The notes below the pieces were generated by a model, which did no database searches, was not told the origin of the DNA, and worked only from the letters and a program-made list of their open reading frames with translations. From Thermoleophilia bacterium (lineage in GTDB: Bacteria > Actinomycetota > Thermoleophilia > Gaiellales > F1-60-MAGs149): a stretch of 36,504 nucleotides of DNA. Position numbers and translations under genes: made by a program. The stretch is taken from the NCBI GenBank assembly GCA_016462095.1, contig JAEMTW010000001.1:6536-43039 (forward strand), read 5' to 3'. The number at the start of each line of letters is the position of its first letter. Positions within the stretch are counted from its first letter, which is position 1. This document shows, piece after piece, positions 1-8,923 of the stretch.

Positions 1-1539
1 CTCAGCGATGCTGCCGACGAGGACGCGCGGGCACAGGCCGGGCGTAGCCACCTCGGCTTGGCTGCAACCGCTGCAGTGCCTGCACTTGGCGACGAGGCCG
101 CGCTGCGGACGGCAGCCGAGACCGTCCGCGAGGCAGAGCGCGAGGCCACTCGCCTTGGCGACGCGGCTCGTACGCTTGCGACACACGTACCCATCGTCGT
201 CGAGCCGTCGTCGGCCACGCCACGGCGCGGGCTTGGTGCGGCCCTGATCGTCATCAGCCTGCTCGCGATCGGTGCCGGTTGGGCGATCAGCATCACCGCC
301 ACGATCCTCGGTGGCATCCTTGGCGTCGCCGTTGGTGCGGCCCTGCTTGGTGGCTTGATTGGCTCGCGCACGGGACGCTCGACGGCTACGGCAACGGCAA
401 GCGATCAGCAGCGACCGACCGCCGAGCAGGCTTTGGAGTTGGCAGAACAGGCCCGGGCTGCGTGGCGCGAAGCACTCGGCGGGCTCGGTCTCTTGGGCGA
501 GCTTCGCAGCGATCAACTCGACGACATCTTGACGACGCTCGCGACGATTCGGACCGCCGAGCAGGCAGCGGCTCGTGCTGGGGCACTCGCCGAGACGGAG
601 GCTACTGCTGCGGCCGAAATCGCGGCGCGGGCAGCGGCTGCACTGATGGCCAGCGGTGTTGAACCCCCGACCGAACTCGGCCAGTTGCGCGACACGATCG
701 ATCGAACGCTGCACCAACTAGAGGAGCAGCGAGCGCAGGCCGCGGCCGGCCGCAACGAGCTGCAGGCGTGGCAGGATCGGCAGGCACTTGCGCAGCGACG
801 AGTCGACGAGCTGTCGCTGGACGATGACGCGCTGGTGGCTGCCGCGCAGGCGCTCGACCTAGAACTCACCGACGCACAGCGCACGGTGCTGGAGCAGCAG
901 GTCGCTGTTGCGAGCGAGGAGCATGCGGCCGCACTCGAGGCGCGCGGTGGCACCCGCGCCCTCCTCGCCAATGCCGAGGATTCCTCCGACCTCGCCTCAC
1001 TCGCCCAGGCCGCTGCCGACGCTGAGGCCGATCTACGAGCCGTGGCGGATCAGTGGCTGACGCTTCAGCTTGCGCACGATCTCGTCGAGAGCGCTCGCGA
1101 TCGCTTCGTCGCCGAGCACCAGCCCGGTGTCTTCGCGCGCGCGGCGCAGCAAATCGAGACGGCAACGAACGGCTCGTGGGTCTCGGTTCGGATGCCCGAT
1201 GGCGAGAAGGCGGGCGCACGCTCCGAGATCATCGCCGCCGACGGGACCACGACGCCCTTTACCGAACTCTCGGAGGGCACGGTTGGTCTCGTCTACCTCT
1301 GCCTGCGCGCGGGCCTCGTCGACGAGCTGCACGACGATGGTGGGGCAGAGCTACCGGTCCTGATGGACGACGTCCTCACGAACCTCGACCCCGAGCGCCG
1401 CGCTGGTGCCGCCGCGGTGATCGCCGATCTCGCAACGCGGCATCAGGTCTTGTACTTCACCTGCCATCCCGAACAGGTTCAGGCACTACGCGATGCCAAT
1501 CCGGGTCTGACCGAGATCGAGTTGCAACGACTCGTCTGA
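1..1539 (+). CDS. C-terminal part of a YhaN/SbcC-like AAA (SMC-type) ATPase; the 5' end lies outside the window
   Basis: Frame 1 is open from base 1 to the TGA at 1537-1539. It has a hydrophobic segment (LIVISLLAIGAGWAISITATILGGILGVAVGAALLGGLIG) and then a long Ala/Glu/Leu-rich coiled coil. The C-terminal block looks like an ABC/SMC signature plus Walker B (FTELSEGTVGLVYLCLRAGL ... LPVLMDDVLTNLD ... QVLYFTCH). Confidence 0.7.
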   Translation, partial: LSDAADEDARAQAGRSHLGLAATAAVPALGDEAALRTAAETVREAEREATRLGDAARTLATHVPIVVEPSSATPRRGLGAALIVISLLAIGAGWAISITATILGGILGVAVGAALLGGLIGSRTGRSTATATASDQQRPTAEQALELAEQARAAWREALGGLGLLGELRSDQLDDILTTLATIRTAEQAAARAGALAETEATAAAEIAARAAAALMASGVEPPTELGQLRDTIDRTLHQLEEQRAQAAAGRNELQAWQDRQALAQRRVDELSLDDDALVAAAQALDLELTDAQRTVLEQQVAVASEEHAAALEARGGTRALLANAEDSSDLASLAQAAADAEADLRAVADQWLTLQLAHDLVESARDRFVAEHQPGVFARAAQQIETATNGSWVSVRMPDGEKAGARSEIIAADGTTTPFTELSEGTVGLVYLCLRAGLVDELHDDGGAELPVLMDDVLTNLDPERRAGAAAVIADLATRHQVLYFTCHPEQVQALRDANPGLTEIELQRLV

Positions 1540-1552
1540 GCGCAGTCGGGGC

Positions 1553-2308
1553 TTAGAACTCGACGGTTGAGCCAGGTTCGAGCAGTCGTGCCTCGCTGTC
1601 GGGTGCAACGCGCGTGCAGTGTTCGACAAATTCGTCGGCGGGCTCGTGCGGAGGCTCGCCGCGACCGATCGGCCAGAGCGTGCCCCAGTGGATTGGGATT
1701 GCGACCTTGGCCTGCAAGCGGCGGGCGGCCTCGGCGGCGCGCTCGGGATCCAGGTGGCCCGGCCCGAGGCCTGGGCCCCAGCCAGAGATCGGCAGACAGG
1801 CGTAGTCGACGGGGCCGAGCAGCTCCATCTCGTCAAACAGGTCGGTATCGCCCGCGACGTAGATGCGCTTTGAGCCCTCAAAGAGAAAGCCCAGTGGATC
1901 GGCCGACCCACTCAATGGGTGGTCGCGTTTCGAGGGATGATCGGCGTGGGTCGCCGTCGCCTTGAGGGCTCCGATCTGGATGCGCTCGCCCTCGGCGATT
2001 TCGATCACGCGCGTGAAGCGCTTACGGCGCAACAGCTGCGCGGAGCCCGCGGGCATGATGATCGGCAGGTCCTTGCCGAGGCTCTCGAGCGATGGTGGGT
2101 CGAGATGGTCGTGGTGCAGGTGCGTGATCATGATCGCGTCGAGCGACCGCAACGCGTGTTTGGGAATCGGATGAAAGCGCTTGAGGTGCATCACGCGCGG
2201 ACGCAGGATCGGGTCGACGAGCACGCGCGTACCGCCCATCGCAATCAGCACCGTGCCATGCCCGATCCACGTCAGGTGGTCACGTCCTGCATGCGCCCCC
2301 GTACTCAC
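1553..2308 (-). CDS. MBL-fold metallo-hydrolase
   Basis: HxHxDH motif (ITHLHHDHLD) and a typical N-terminal strand (LTWIGHGTVLI). I place the start at the GTG at 2308-2306, which overlaps the upstream TGA (2307-2305) as GTGA. The ORF-track start at 2437 would overlap the upstream gene by more than 130 nt and adds only Arg/Pro/Ala-rich sequence. Confidence 0.85.
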   Translation of the reverse strand: MSTGAHAGRDHLTWIGHGTVLIAMGGTRVLVDPILRPRVMHLKRFHPIPKHALRSLDAIMITHLHHDHLDPPSLESLGKDLPIIMPAGSAQLLRRKRFTRVIEIAEGERIQIGALKATATHADHPSKRDHPLSGSADPLGFLFEGSKRIYVAGDTDLFDEMELLGPVDYACLPISGWGPGLGPGHLDPERAAEAARRLQAKVAIPIHWGTLWPIGRGEPPHEPADEFVEHCTRVAPDSEARLLEPGSTVEF

Positions 2309-4398
2309 GAAGTGGCCGCTTCCTCCTGCAGCCGCTCGAGGTGTTTGACGCGCGCAATGTCGTGGCCGAGGTCGTGCAGCCACCCGACCAGAACGCGGTG
2401 GAGGTGCTCGGCGCTGACGACCGGCTCCTCGGGCCACGGAAACTCGGAGGGGAAGAGGACGAACGGGTGCATCTGCTCGCCACCGAGGCCGCCATGCGAG
2501 CCGACGAGCTCCTCGAAGGCGCCGATCTCGCAGGTCTGCTCGTCGAACGAGGCATTGATCATGAGGTCCGCGACATGGGCAAAGCCACTGGTGCGCAGCA
2601 CATGGCGGGCGGCATTCGGGCCGAAGGGCAGCAGCGGGTCGATGCCTTCGATTCGTCCGGTCTCGAGGTGATGCACGCCGTGCGCACCGATTGCGAGGGG
2701 ACCATCCTGCTCGGAGAGCACGAGGATGAAGCCGATGCCTTTGTGCTTGACGAGCCGGGGGATCAGGTGTGGGAAGGTCGCGTTGATCTGCTCCAGCGTG
2801 CGCCGTCCAGGCTCGGCGTCGAGATAGATCAAGCCGAGGCTGCCGGAGGCGAGCACCTTGATCAGCTCGCGGACGCTCTCGGCGCCTTCGCTACTCGCCA
2901 ACTCGTGGCCAGGCCCCAACACGATCGCGTCACCGCTCTCGTGTCCTTGCGTGATGCGCTCCAGCACAGAGCCCTTGCGGATGACGAGCTCCGAGACTGC
3001 TGCGCTCAATTGGCCCCAGGCCTCGTCCGAGCCGAACGGGTTCTCCATCACGGCGGCCTCACAGGCGCCATGGACGAGGCCTTCGAGCGTGATGTCGTAC
3101 TTCGAGAGGAAGGTCGCGCCCTGGCTCTGGCCATGGTCGGAGAGGACGACGACGTGATACGGGCGGTCTGCTGTCTCGGCCGCATGCGTGATCCGACCGA
3201 ACGCCTGGTCAATCCCGCGCAGCACGTCTAACGCGTCGTAGCGCTCGATACCAGAGTGGTGGGCAACCTCGTCGTAGCCGACGAAGGTGGAATAGACGAC
3301 CGGCCGGCCAGCGTAGGCATCGGCAATCACGGTCTGTACGGCGATGTCGCGGAGGATCACGACGGTTACGGCCCGCAGCAGCGAATAGCGGAGGCCGCGG
3401 TGCACGCGTGGAACGACGTCGCGACGGATCTGCTGGGCCGCTGCATAGAGCTCGCGACCAATGTCGAGCATGCTCAGGATAAAGGTACGAAAGACGGTGT
3501 ACGGGTTGGCGAAGTACGCGTAGTAGTCCTTGCCGCGCGTCGGCCGTGCGTGGAGTGCGGAGATCGTAAAGCTCGTGTGCTCGGCATCGCCCGTGACGAG
3601 GTTGCCGCGACTGGCGCCACCGCCTGCCAACAGACCACGACCATCGGAATGCCGCCGCTCGATCTCTGCTGCACCGCCCGGGTGGTTCGAGACGACGAAC
3701 GTACCGGTCTCCTTCTCGAACCAGCGGAAGGCCGGGATGTCCTCGTTCGAACCGTGCAGGATGCCCGACTGGCTCGCGCTCGTCTGCGACGACCAGTCGC
3801 ACTCCCAGCCCTCGAGTCGATGGCTTCCCGAGCGGAGCCAGCGCGCGAGTTCGGGCACATTGCCGTCGCGGATCGCGCGGCGCATGACGGGCTCGGCGAG
3901 GCCGTCAATCTCGAGGAACAAGATGCCGGGAACCGCTTCGCTCAACGACGCATCCGCGTGCTTGCGCGCCTGGCGCCGGATCACATTGCGGTAGTAGAAG
4001 TCGTCGTCATCGATTCCAAACAGGCTGGTCACGATCGTGTTGGTGAGGGTCAACAGGAAGGCCACGATCATGGCCGTCCAGAAGCTGGTGACATCAATGC
4101 CCTCGATCAGGTTGACGATGGCCCAGACCAGGGCAGCGTTGATGGCGAAGCCAGCGAGGCCGAGGGTCAACACTGCGACGGGCAAGGCGAAGCGAATCAG
4201 CAGGGGCCAGAGCAGGGCGTTCGCAACCGAGATCGCGATTGCAGCAACGATCGCCCGGAGCGGGTCTTCGATGTCGAGGCCAGGCAAGATCGCGGACGCG
4301 AAGTAGAGCGTGCCGGTCGAGATCGCGACGCTAATCAGCGCGCGGATGTAGGTATGAAGGTGGAGCAGCGGTGTGTCGCGTCGGCGCGTGCTGCTCAT
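2305..4398 (-). CDS. Membrane protein: N-terminal 4-TM holin-like domain (YvlD / phage holin family 4 type) fused to an alkaline-phosphatase-superfamily (type I phosphodiesterase/nucleotide pyrophosphatase) domain
   Basis: The N-terminus has four hydrophobic helices in the YvlD pattern (ILPGLDIED...LLWPLLIRFALPVAVLTLGLAGFAINAALVWAIVNLIEGIDVTSFW). AlkP-type metal and nucleophile motifs follow (LFLEIDGL, SSQTSASQSGILHG, VVVLSDHGQS). The ATG at 4398 overlaps the upstream stop as ATGA. Confidence 0.8.
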   Translation of the reverse strand: MSSTRRRDTPLLHLHTYIRALISVAISTGTLYFASAILPGLDIEDPLRAIVAAIAISVANALLWPLLIRFALPVAVLTLGLAGFAINAALVWAIVNLIEGIDVTSFWTAMIVAFLLTLTNTIVTSLFGIDDDDFYYRNVIRRQARKHADASLSEAVPGILFLEIDGLAEPVMRRAIRDGNVPELARWLRSGSHRLEGWECDWSSQTSASQSGILHGSNEDIPAFRWFEKETGTFVVSNHPGGAAEIERRHSDGRGLLAGGGASRGNLVTGDAEHTSFTISALHARPTRGKDYYAYFANPYTVFRTFILSMLDIGRELYAAAQQIRRDVVPRVHRGLRYSLLRAVTVVILRDIAVQTVIADAYAGRPVVYSTFVGYDEVAHHSGIERYDALDVLRGIDQAFGRITHAAETADRPYHVVVLSDHGQSQGATFLSKYDITLEGLVHGACEAAVMENPFGSDEAWGQLSAAVSELVIRKGSVLERITQGHESGDAIVLGPGHELASSEGAESVRELIKVLASGSLGLIYLDAEPGRRTLEQINATFPHLIPRLVKHKGIGFILVLSEQDGPLAIGAHGVHHLETGRIEGIDPLLPFGPNAARHVLRTSGFAHVADLMINASFDEQTCEIGAFEELVGSHGGLGGEQMHPFVLFPSEFPWPEEPVVSAEHLHRVLVGWLHDLGHDIARVKHLERLQEEAATS

Positions 4399-5819
4399 GA
4401 CACGAGACGCTTCTTCTGCACCTTGCCGAGCGCGTTGCGTGGCAATTCATCGATGCGTGTGATGACACGTGGGCGCTTGTGCGGGGCGAGCTGGCTGGCG
4501 ACGTGATCCACGAGGACATCGTCTGTCAAATCGCTGCCTGGTGCAACAACGACCCACGCGGCAATGCGTTCGCCGAGGTCGTCGTCAGGAATGCCGAGGA
4601 CGGCCGCCTCGACCACATCGGGGTGTTCGAGCAGGGCCGCCTCGATTTCTCCGGCACCGACGCGATAGCCACCCGTCTTGATCAGGTCGGTCGTACTGCG
4701 ACCCGCGAGGCGAAGCACGCCGTCGTGGTCCAACGAGCCGACGTCGCCGGTACGGAACCAGCCGTCGCGGAAGGCCTCTGCAGTTGCCGTCGGATTGCCG
4801 AGGTACGCGTCAAACAACGCTGCACTACGCAATTCGACGTTGCCAATCACGTCCGTGTCGCCGACGGGGAGTGTTTCCCCGGCGTCATCGGTGATCCGCA
4901 ATTCGACACCCGGCAGCGCGGTGCCGACGGCACCCGGAATGCGCGGGCCATCGTGGCGCGCGCTGGCGATCATCAGGGCCTCGCTCATGCCGTAACGCTC
5001 GACGATCTGTTGTCCCGTTGCCAGGGTATAGGCCTCGTGAACGCGCGCGGGTAGCGCGGCAGAGCCCGAGACGATCAGACGCGCGCCGCGCAACGCATCG
5101 GCAATCTTCGAGTCGGCCTCGGCGGCTGCGAGCAGGCGGCCATGCATGGTCGGCACGGCGAACAGCATCGTTGCGTCGTCGGCAAGCGCGGCCGCGATCG
5201 CCTCGGGCGTAAAGCGACCGACGTGGCGCACGCCGCCACCTAAACGCAATGGTCCGAGCAGACCGAGCACGAGTCCGTGGACGTGGAACAGCGGCAGCGC
5301 CTGCGTGACGATGTCTGCCTCCGTCCAGGCCCACGCCTCGGCGAGAGCCGCCAGGTTGGCAGCGATCGCTCGACGCGACAGCACAACGCCTTTGGGAAGG
5401 CCGGTTGTGCCGGAGGTGTAGACGATCAGCGCTGGTAGATCCGCGTCGGGCTCGTCGGTCTGGAGTGGCGCGCGAGCCGTTGGGTCGACCACGATTCGCG
5501 GCAGCCAGTCGAGCGCGGCAGGCAGCTCGGCTGTTGCCGACGCCAGCACGGCCTCTGGTGCGCTGTCACCCGTCTCGTGGGCGACCTCGGTCTCGCCCGA
5601 GGCAGGGTTGAGTGGCACGACCGTTACACCGGCTACGAGTGCACCAGCGATACCGAGCCCGGTTGCGAGCTCGGACGTGCACCAGAGTGCAACGCGGGTC
5701 TTCCCATCAAGCGACGCGGCCACGGCACCGACCGCGCCGGCCAGGGCATCGCCCTCGAGACGTTCGCCCGCAATCTCGAGCGAGGCACGCGACAGTCCGG
5801 GGAGCAGCGGTGGCGTCAC
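4395..5819 (-). CDS. AMP-dependent synthetase/ligase (acyl-CoA synthetase family)
   Basis: Adenylate-forming enzyme motifs are present: IVYTSGTTGLPKGVVLS, GWFRTGDVG, and a C-terminal PRNALGKVQKKRL. GTG start at 5819, 11 nt after the alkA stop. Confidence 0.9.
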   Translation of the reverse strand: MTPPLLPGLSRASLEIAGERLEGDALAGAVGAVAASLDGKTRVALWCTSELATGLGIAGALVAGVTVVPLNPASGETEVAHETGDSAPEAVLASATAELPAALDWLPRIVVDPTARAPLQTDEPDADLPALIVYTSGTTGLPKGVVLSRRAIAANLAALAEAWAWTEADIVTQALPLFHVHGLVLGLLGPLRLGGGVRHVGRFTPEAIAAALADDATMLFAVPTMHGRLLAAAEADSKIADALRGARLIVSGSAALPARVHEAYTLATGQQIVERYGMSEALMIASARHDGPRIPGAVGTALPGVELRITDDAGETLPVGDTDVIGNVELRSAALFDAYLGNPTATAEAFRDGWFRTGDVGSLDHDGVLRLAGRSTTDLIKTGGYRVGAGEIEAALLEHPDVVEAAVLGIPDDDLGERIAAWVVVAPGSDLTDDVLVDHVASQLAPHKRPRVITRIDELPRNALGKVQKKRLVS

Positions 5820-5830
5820 AGCGCGAAAGT

Positions 5831-6676
5831 CTAGGGCGACCAGAGATGCATCGTGGCAACGCCACGATACGGAGCCCAGGCCTCGCCGCGCAGGCGCGAC
5901 TCGCGCTCGGTGGGGCGTCGCCCATCGGCGTCCGCGAGTGCGATCAGCACGCCGAGATCGGAGGCTGGAAAGGCATCGAGGTCGCGGATCGCGCGCATGC
6001 GGACGTACATCGCAGTCCAGGGACCAATGCCCTTGAGCGCCACGAGCGCCGCCTGCGCCGCCTCCGGGTCGGCACCCGGGGAGAGATCGACACCACCGGT
6101 GGCGACGAGTTCGGCAATCGCGCGCAGCGCATCGCGTCGCGCGTTTGGCAGACCAAGGCCATCAAGGTCACCCTCGGCGACGGTCGCCGCGTCGGGAAAG
6201 ACGAGCCCACCATCGGGCAGGTGCTCACCGTGCCGCTCGGCGAGGCGGGCCGTCAAGGTGCGGGCGGCCGCGACGCTGACGAGCTGGCCGAGCACAGCGC
6301 GAGCACACATCTCCCAGGCGTCCCACGAGCCAGGCATGCGTAGACCAGGCCGGCTTGTGACGCGCGGGCCGAGCACCGGATCCTTACCGAGCAGTTCGAG
6401 CCACGGGCGCGGGTCGTCGTCGAGCCCAAGTAGGTGGCGCACCCGCGGTGTGGCCCGTTTGAGCGCCGTGGCGTTCCACGCGCTGATCTCCACGCCTGTC
6501 TTCCCATTCGCCGTCAGCGAAATCCGCCCGACAGACCGGCCAAGCCGGGCCGTGCGGGTGTAGGTCGTGCCATCCCACGTATCGATGTCGCGCACGGTGC
6601 GATCGCCGAGCCACGCCAGCGTGCCCGCAACGTCGATCGGGCCACGACCACGCTCGACCGTGCTTACGCGAGCCAT
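5831..6676 (-). CDS. alkA: DNA-3-methyladenine glycosylase II (AlkA-type, HhH-GPD superfamily)
   Basis: Helix-hairpin-helix GPD block (LVALKGIGPWTAMYVRMRAIRDLDAFPASDLGV) preceded by an AlkA-N-like domain. I place the start at the ATG at 6676 (MARVSTVERG...). The ORF-track start at 6988 runs about 310 nt into the upstream kinase gene. Confidence 0.8.
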   Translation of the reverse strand: MARVSTVERGRGPIDVAGTLAWLGDRTVRDIDTWDGTTYTRTARLGRSVGRISLTANGKTGVEISAWNATALKRATPRVRHLLGLDDDPRPWLELLGKDPVLGPRVTSRPGLRMPGSWDAWEMCARAVLGQLVSVAAARTLTARLAERHGEHLPDGGLVFPDAATVAEGDLDGLGLPNARRDALRAIAELVATGGVDLSPGADPEAAQAALVALKGIGPWTAMYVRMRAIRDLDAFPASDLGVLIALADADGRRPTERESRLRGEAWAPYRGVATMHLWSP

Positions 6677-7521
6677 GAGCCATCGCGTCCGCTGAGCGCA
6701 TCGCTGAGTCGATGCCGAGCGCGCACGGCGATCTGCGAATCCTCGCCGACGCGCGAGGCAAGCCAGGCCACGGAGAGCAGCTCGCGCACGCGAATCGCAG
6801 CAGCCAGCGCGGCTGGGTCGATACGGCCCCCCAGCGACTCGTAGCCCGCTTGGAAACTCGAAAAACGTGAGGGACCGAGGCCGAGTCGTCGCTCCGTAAC
6901 TTCGAGTGGTGCCAGGTCGTAGACGGCCGGGCCAAGCGACAGAAACTCGGGGTCGATCAACATCCACCAGTCGGCGCGCTCGGGCCACCAGTTGGCGCGA
7001 TGAGCATCGCCATGGATGACGGTCTGTTCCCCCGTGACGTTGGGCCAGTGCTCGCCGATCGCAGCGAGTAGATCGGCACGCTCGGACTCGGTAAAGACCG
7101 CGATCGAACGATCGAGCCAGCGTGTCGCGATCGCCAGCGGATCAAACAATGGCAAGTCAAGCGCATCATCACTAAGCAGGTGACGCCCCGCCGTATGGAG
7201 CGCTGCGAGGCAGGCACCGGCGATGCCGAGGTCGGCATCCGCAGCAGCGCCCGGGACGACGAGGGGGTACGGCACGACGAGGGTGTCACCCAGCACAACC
7301 GCCTCGCCAAGAGGCTGCAAGATGTGCTCGGGCAACTGCACGATTGCGAGCAAGACGCGCTGGGTGGCGACGATCGAGTCGGCATCGCCCGGGATCACCC
7401 GCGCGACGCGGCCCGCATCGACCCGCACGGTGATCGCATCGGCTGCGCGTAGTACCTCAGCCTGCGCCGGATCGGTACCGAGCGCGTCGCAGGCGAGCGC
7501 GAGCGCCTGCTCGGGGGTCAC
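6664..7521 (-). CDS. Aminoglycoside-phosphotransferase-fold (APH/choline-kinase-like) small-molecule kinase
   Basis: Catalytic loop VIHGDAHRANWW followed by LIDPEF (HGDxxxxN ... D motif of the APH fold). The GTG start at 7521 overlaps the stop of the small upstream ORF as GTGA. Confidence 0.8.
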   Translation of the reverse strand: MTPEQALALACDALGTDPAQAEVLRAADAITVRVDAGRVARVIPGDADSIVATQRVLLAIVQLPEHILQPLGEAVVLGDTLVVPYPLVVPGAAADADLGIAGACLAALHTAGRHLLSDDALDLPLFDPLAIATRWLDRSIAVFTESERADLLAAIGEHWPNVTGEQTVIHGDAHRANWWPERADWWMLIDPEFLSLGPAVYDLAPLEVTERRLGLGPSRFSSFQAGYESLGGRIDPAALAAAIRVRELLSVAWLASRVGEDSQIAVRARHRLSDALSGRDGSWLA

Positions 7522-7700
7522 GACTCGAGCGTCTGCAGTGCGTCAGCGACGAGCGACATCGCATCCTCGACCGTCTCGGGGACCTCTTCCTCGCTCTGGC
7601 GCAGCAGTGTCAGGCACTGGCGCAGCGCATGGTCCGCGCCGTGCAAGTGCTGGAGCGCCGTGACGAGCTCCTTGGCGGCGGGGGTCATTTCAGCAGACAT
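7518..7700 (-). CDS. Small acidic helical protein (60 aa), function unknown
   Basis: The ATG at 7700 has a strong SD AGAGGAG (complement of 7709-7715) 8 nt upstream. Its stop overlaps the kinase start (GTGA). It sits in a 15-nt gap after the SIS gene. I recognise no family. Confidence 0.5.
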   Translation of the reverse strand: MSAEMTPAAKELVTALQHLHGADHALRQCLTLLRQSEEEVPETVEDAMSLVADALQTLES

Positions 7701-7715
7701 ACGTTGTGCTCCTCT

Positions 7716-8858
7716 TTACCACGTGGTGTCGGTCTCGATGATCGCGGCGGCCTCGCGCCACGGTTCGAATTCGCGACGAATCAGGTCGGGATAGGTGCCT
7801 GCACTGTGCACCATTTCGAGCGTCACGAGCTGCAGGGCGATTGCTGTGGCAGTCAGTGCGCTCGTGCTCGGGAGCAGGCGTGGAGCATGGGGAAGCAGGA
7901 TGCGACCAGCGTTCGTCAGTTCCCGGCCCCAGACGCTCTCGACAGCTGGCACCATGATCGCCGCGCAGGGCATGCCCACACGACGTGCGGCACGCAGCAA
8001 CATGCGGCCACGGTCGGTGCGACGCGGACGCCCACGGTGCTCCGTCGCGATGATCACGAGCCCGGTGTGCTCGTCACACGCGGGCAGGTGTCCGTGCAAA
8101 AACGTCTCGAGATCGCGCGCTGCGGATGGCAGGTGCAGCCCCTCTTCGACCTTCAAGACCAACTCGTCTGCGCTAATTCGATCGTAGCCACCACCGACCA
8201 CGATCAGCCGCTCGACGCCCTTCAGGTTCGCTGCAATCTCGGCCGCATGGGGGCGGAGGGTGAGGCACTCCTCGAGATGGCCGCGCAGTGCGTTGCCATC
8301 GACAGGCTTGTTGGCGATCACACCAGCGATCACGGCACCGGCGACCATCGGCGACAGGTACCCAATCGTGTGGCACCAGCTCGTGTCCTTGGCGGGCGTC
8401 ATGGCAACAAGGTCGGCGGCCTCAAGCAGTGGGCCGTCGGGGTTCGCTGTGATCAGCGCGGTCGTGGCACCGCCCTCGCGGGCAGCCTCGAGCGCAAGCT
8501 TTGTGGCGTGCGTACCGCCGTCGTGGGAGATTCCGATCGTGATGCCGCCAACCGCTGGGTCGATCGAGGCCTCGAGCGCCTGGCGCCCAACCGGGCGGCT
8601 GCCGCGATGGCCAAGAGCATCGTCGAGTTGAGCCGCCACGGCACGCGCACCGTGCTCGCTCGTCCCACAGCCAGCGACGACGATCGGTTCGCCAGCGGCA
8701 TGGGCCTTCTTGACGGCTGCCGCGATCTTCTTGAGCCCAGCAATACCGACAATCGCCTTTGCCACAGCTGGTTCGGAGTCGATCATCTCCTCCATCAGCC
8801 ACGGGCGTGCGTCGCGCAGTTCAGGGAACCAATCCTCGTGCCACTGTGGAGTGCTCAT
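7716..8858 (-). CDS. Double-SIS-domain sugar-phosphate isomerase/deaminase (GlmS-isomerase-domain / AgaS / FrlB-like)
   Basis: SIS phosphosugar-binding motif (IVVAGCGTSEHGARAVA) and a second SIS-like half (RLIVVGGGYDRISADELVLKVEEG). The length (380 aa) fits two SIS domains. Confidence 0.8.
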   Translation of the reverse strand: MSTPQWHEDWFPELRDARPWLMEEMIDSEPAVAKAIVGIAGLKKIAAAVKKAHAAGEPIVVAGCGTSEHGARAVAAQLDDALGHRGSRPVGRQALEASIDPAVGGITIGISHDGGTHATKLALEAAREGGATTALITANPDGPLLEAADLVAMTPAKDTSWCHTIGYLSPMVAGAVIAGVIANKPVDGNALRGHLEECLTLRPHAAEIAANLKGVERLIVVGGGYDRISADELVLKVEEGLHLPSAARDLETFLHGHLPACDEHTGLVIIATEHRGRPRRTDRGRMLLRAARRVGMPCAAIMVPAVESVWGRELTNAGRILLPHAPRLLPSTSALTATAIALQLVTLEMVHSAGTYPDLIRREFEPWREAAAIIETDTTW

Positions 8859-8897
8859 ATGAGCGAGTCTACGCCAGAGGGTCGTCGTCCGTCGGTA

Positions 8898-8906
8898 TTT
8901 TGAAAA
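8898..8906. promoter_or_regulatory. AT-rich TTTT-G-AAAA palindrome in the 65-bp divergent SIS/ROK promoter region (candidate operator)
   Basis: ggTATTTTGAAAACtgg is the only A/T-rich patch in the 8859-8923 intergenic region, which lies between divergent sugar genes. No regulator is identified, so function is inferred only. Confidence 0.25.
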
Positions 8907-8923
8907 CTGGTAGCGTCGCCGGT

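Noticed and set aside
1553-2437. Long N-terminal extensions suggested by the ORF track (also 5831-6988, 17134-18777, 29615-31240, 33204-34196, 8759-9889, 9723-11090, 19337-20833, 20650-21981, 34563-36209)
   Set aside because: The extensions are Arg/Pro/Ala-rich, overlap the upstream gene or cross divergent promoters, and precede the point where family homology begins. Internal starts with ATGA, GTGA or TGATG coupling, or with an SD, fit better.
3256-4506. 416-aa ORF on the plus strand
   Set aside because: It is antisense to the holin-like/AlkP fusion gene. No motifs.
7629-8903. 424-aa ORF on the plus strand
   Set aside because: It is antisense to the SIS-domain gene. No motifs. Shadow ORF.
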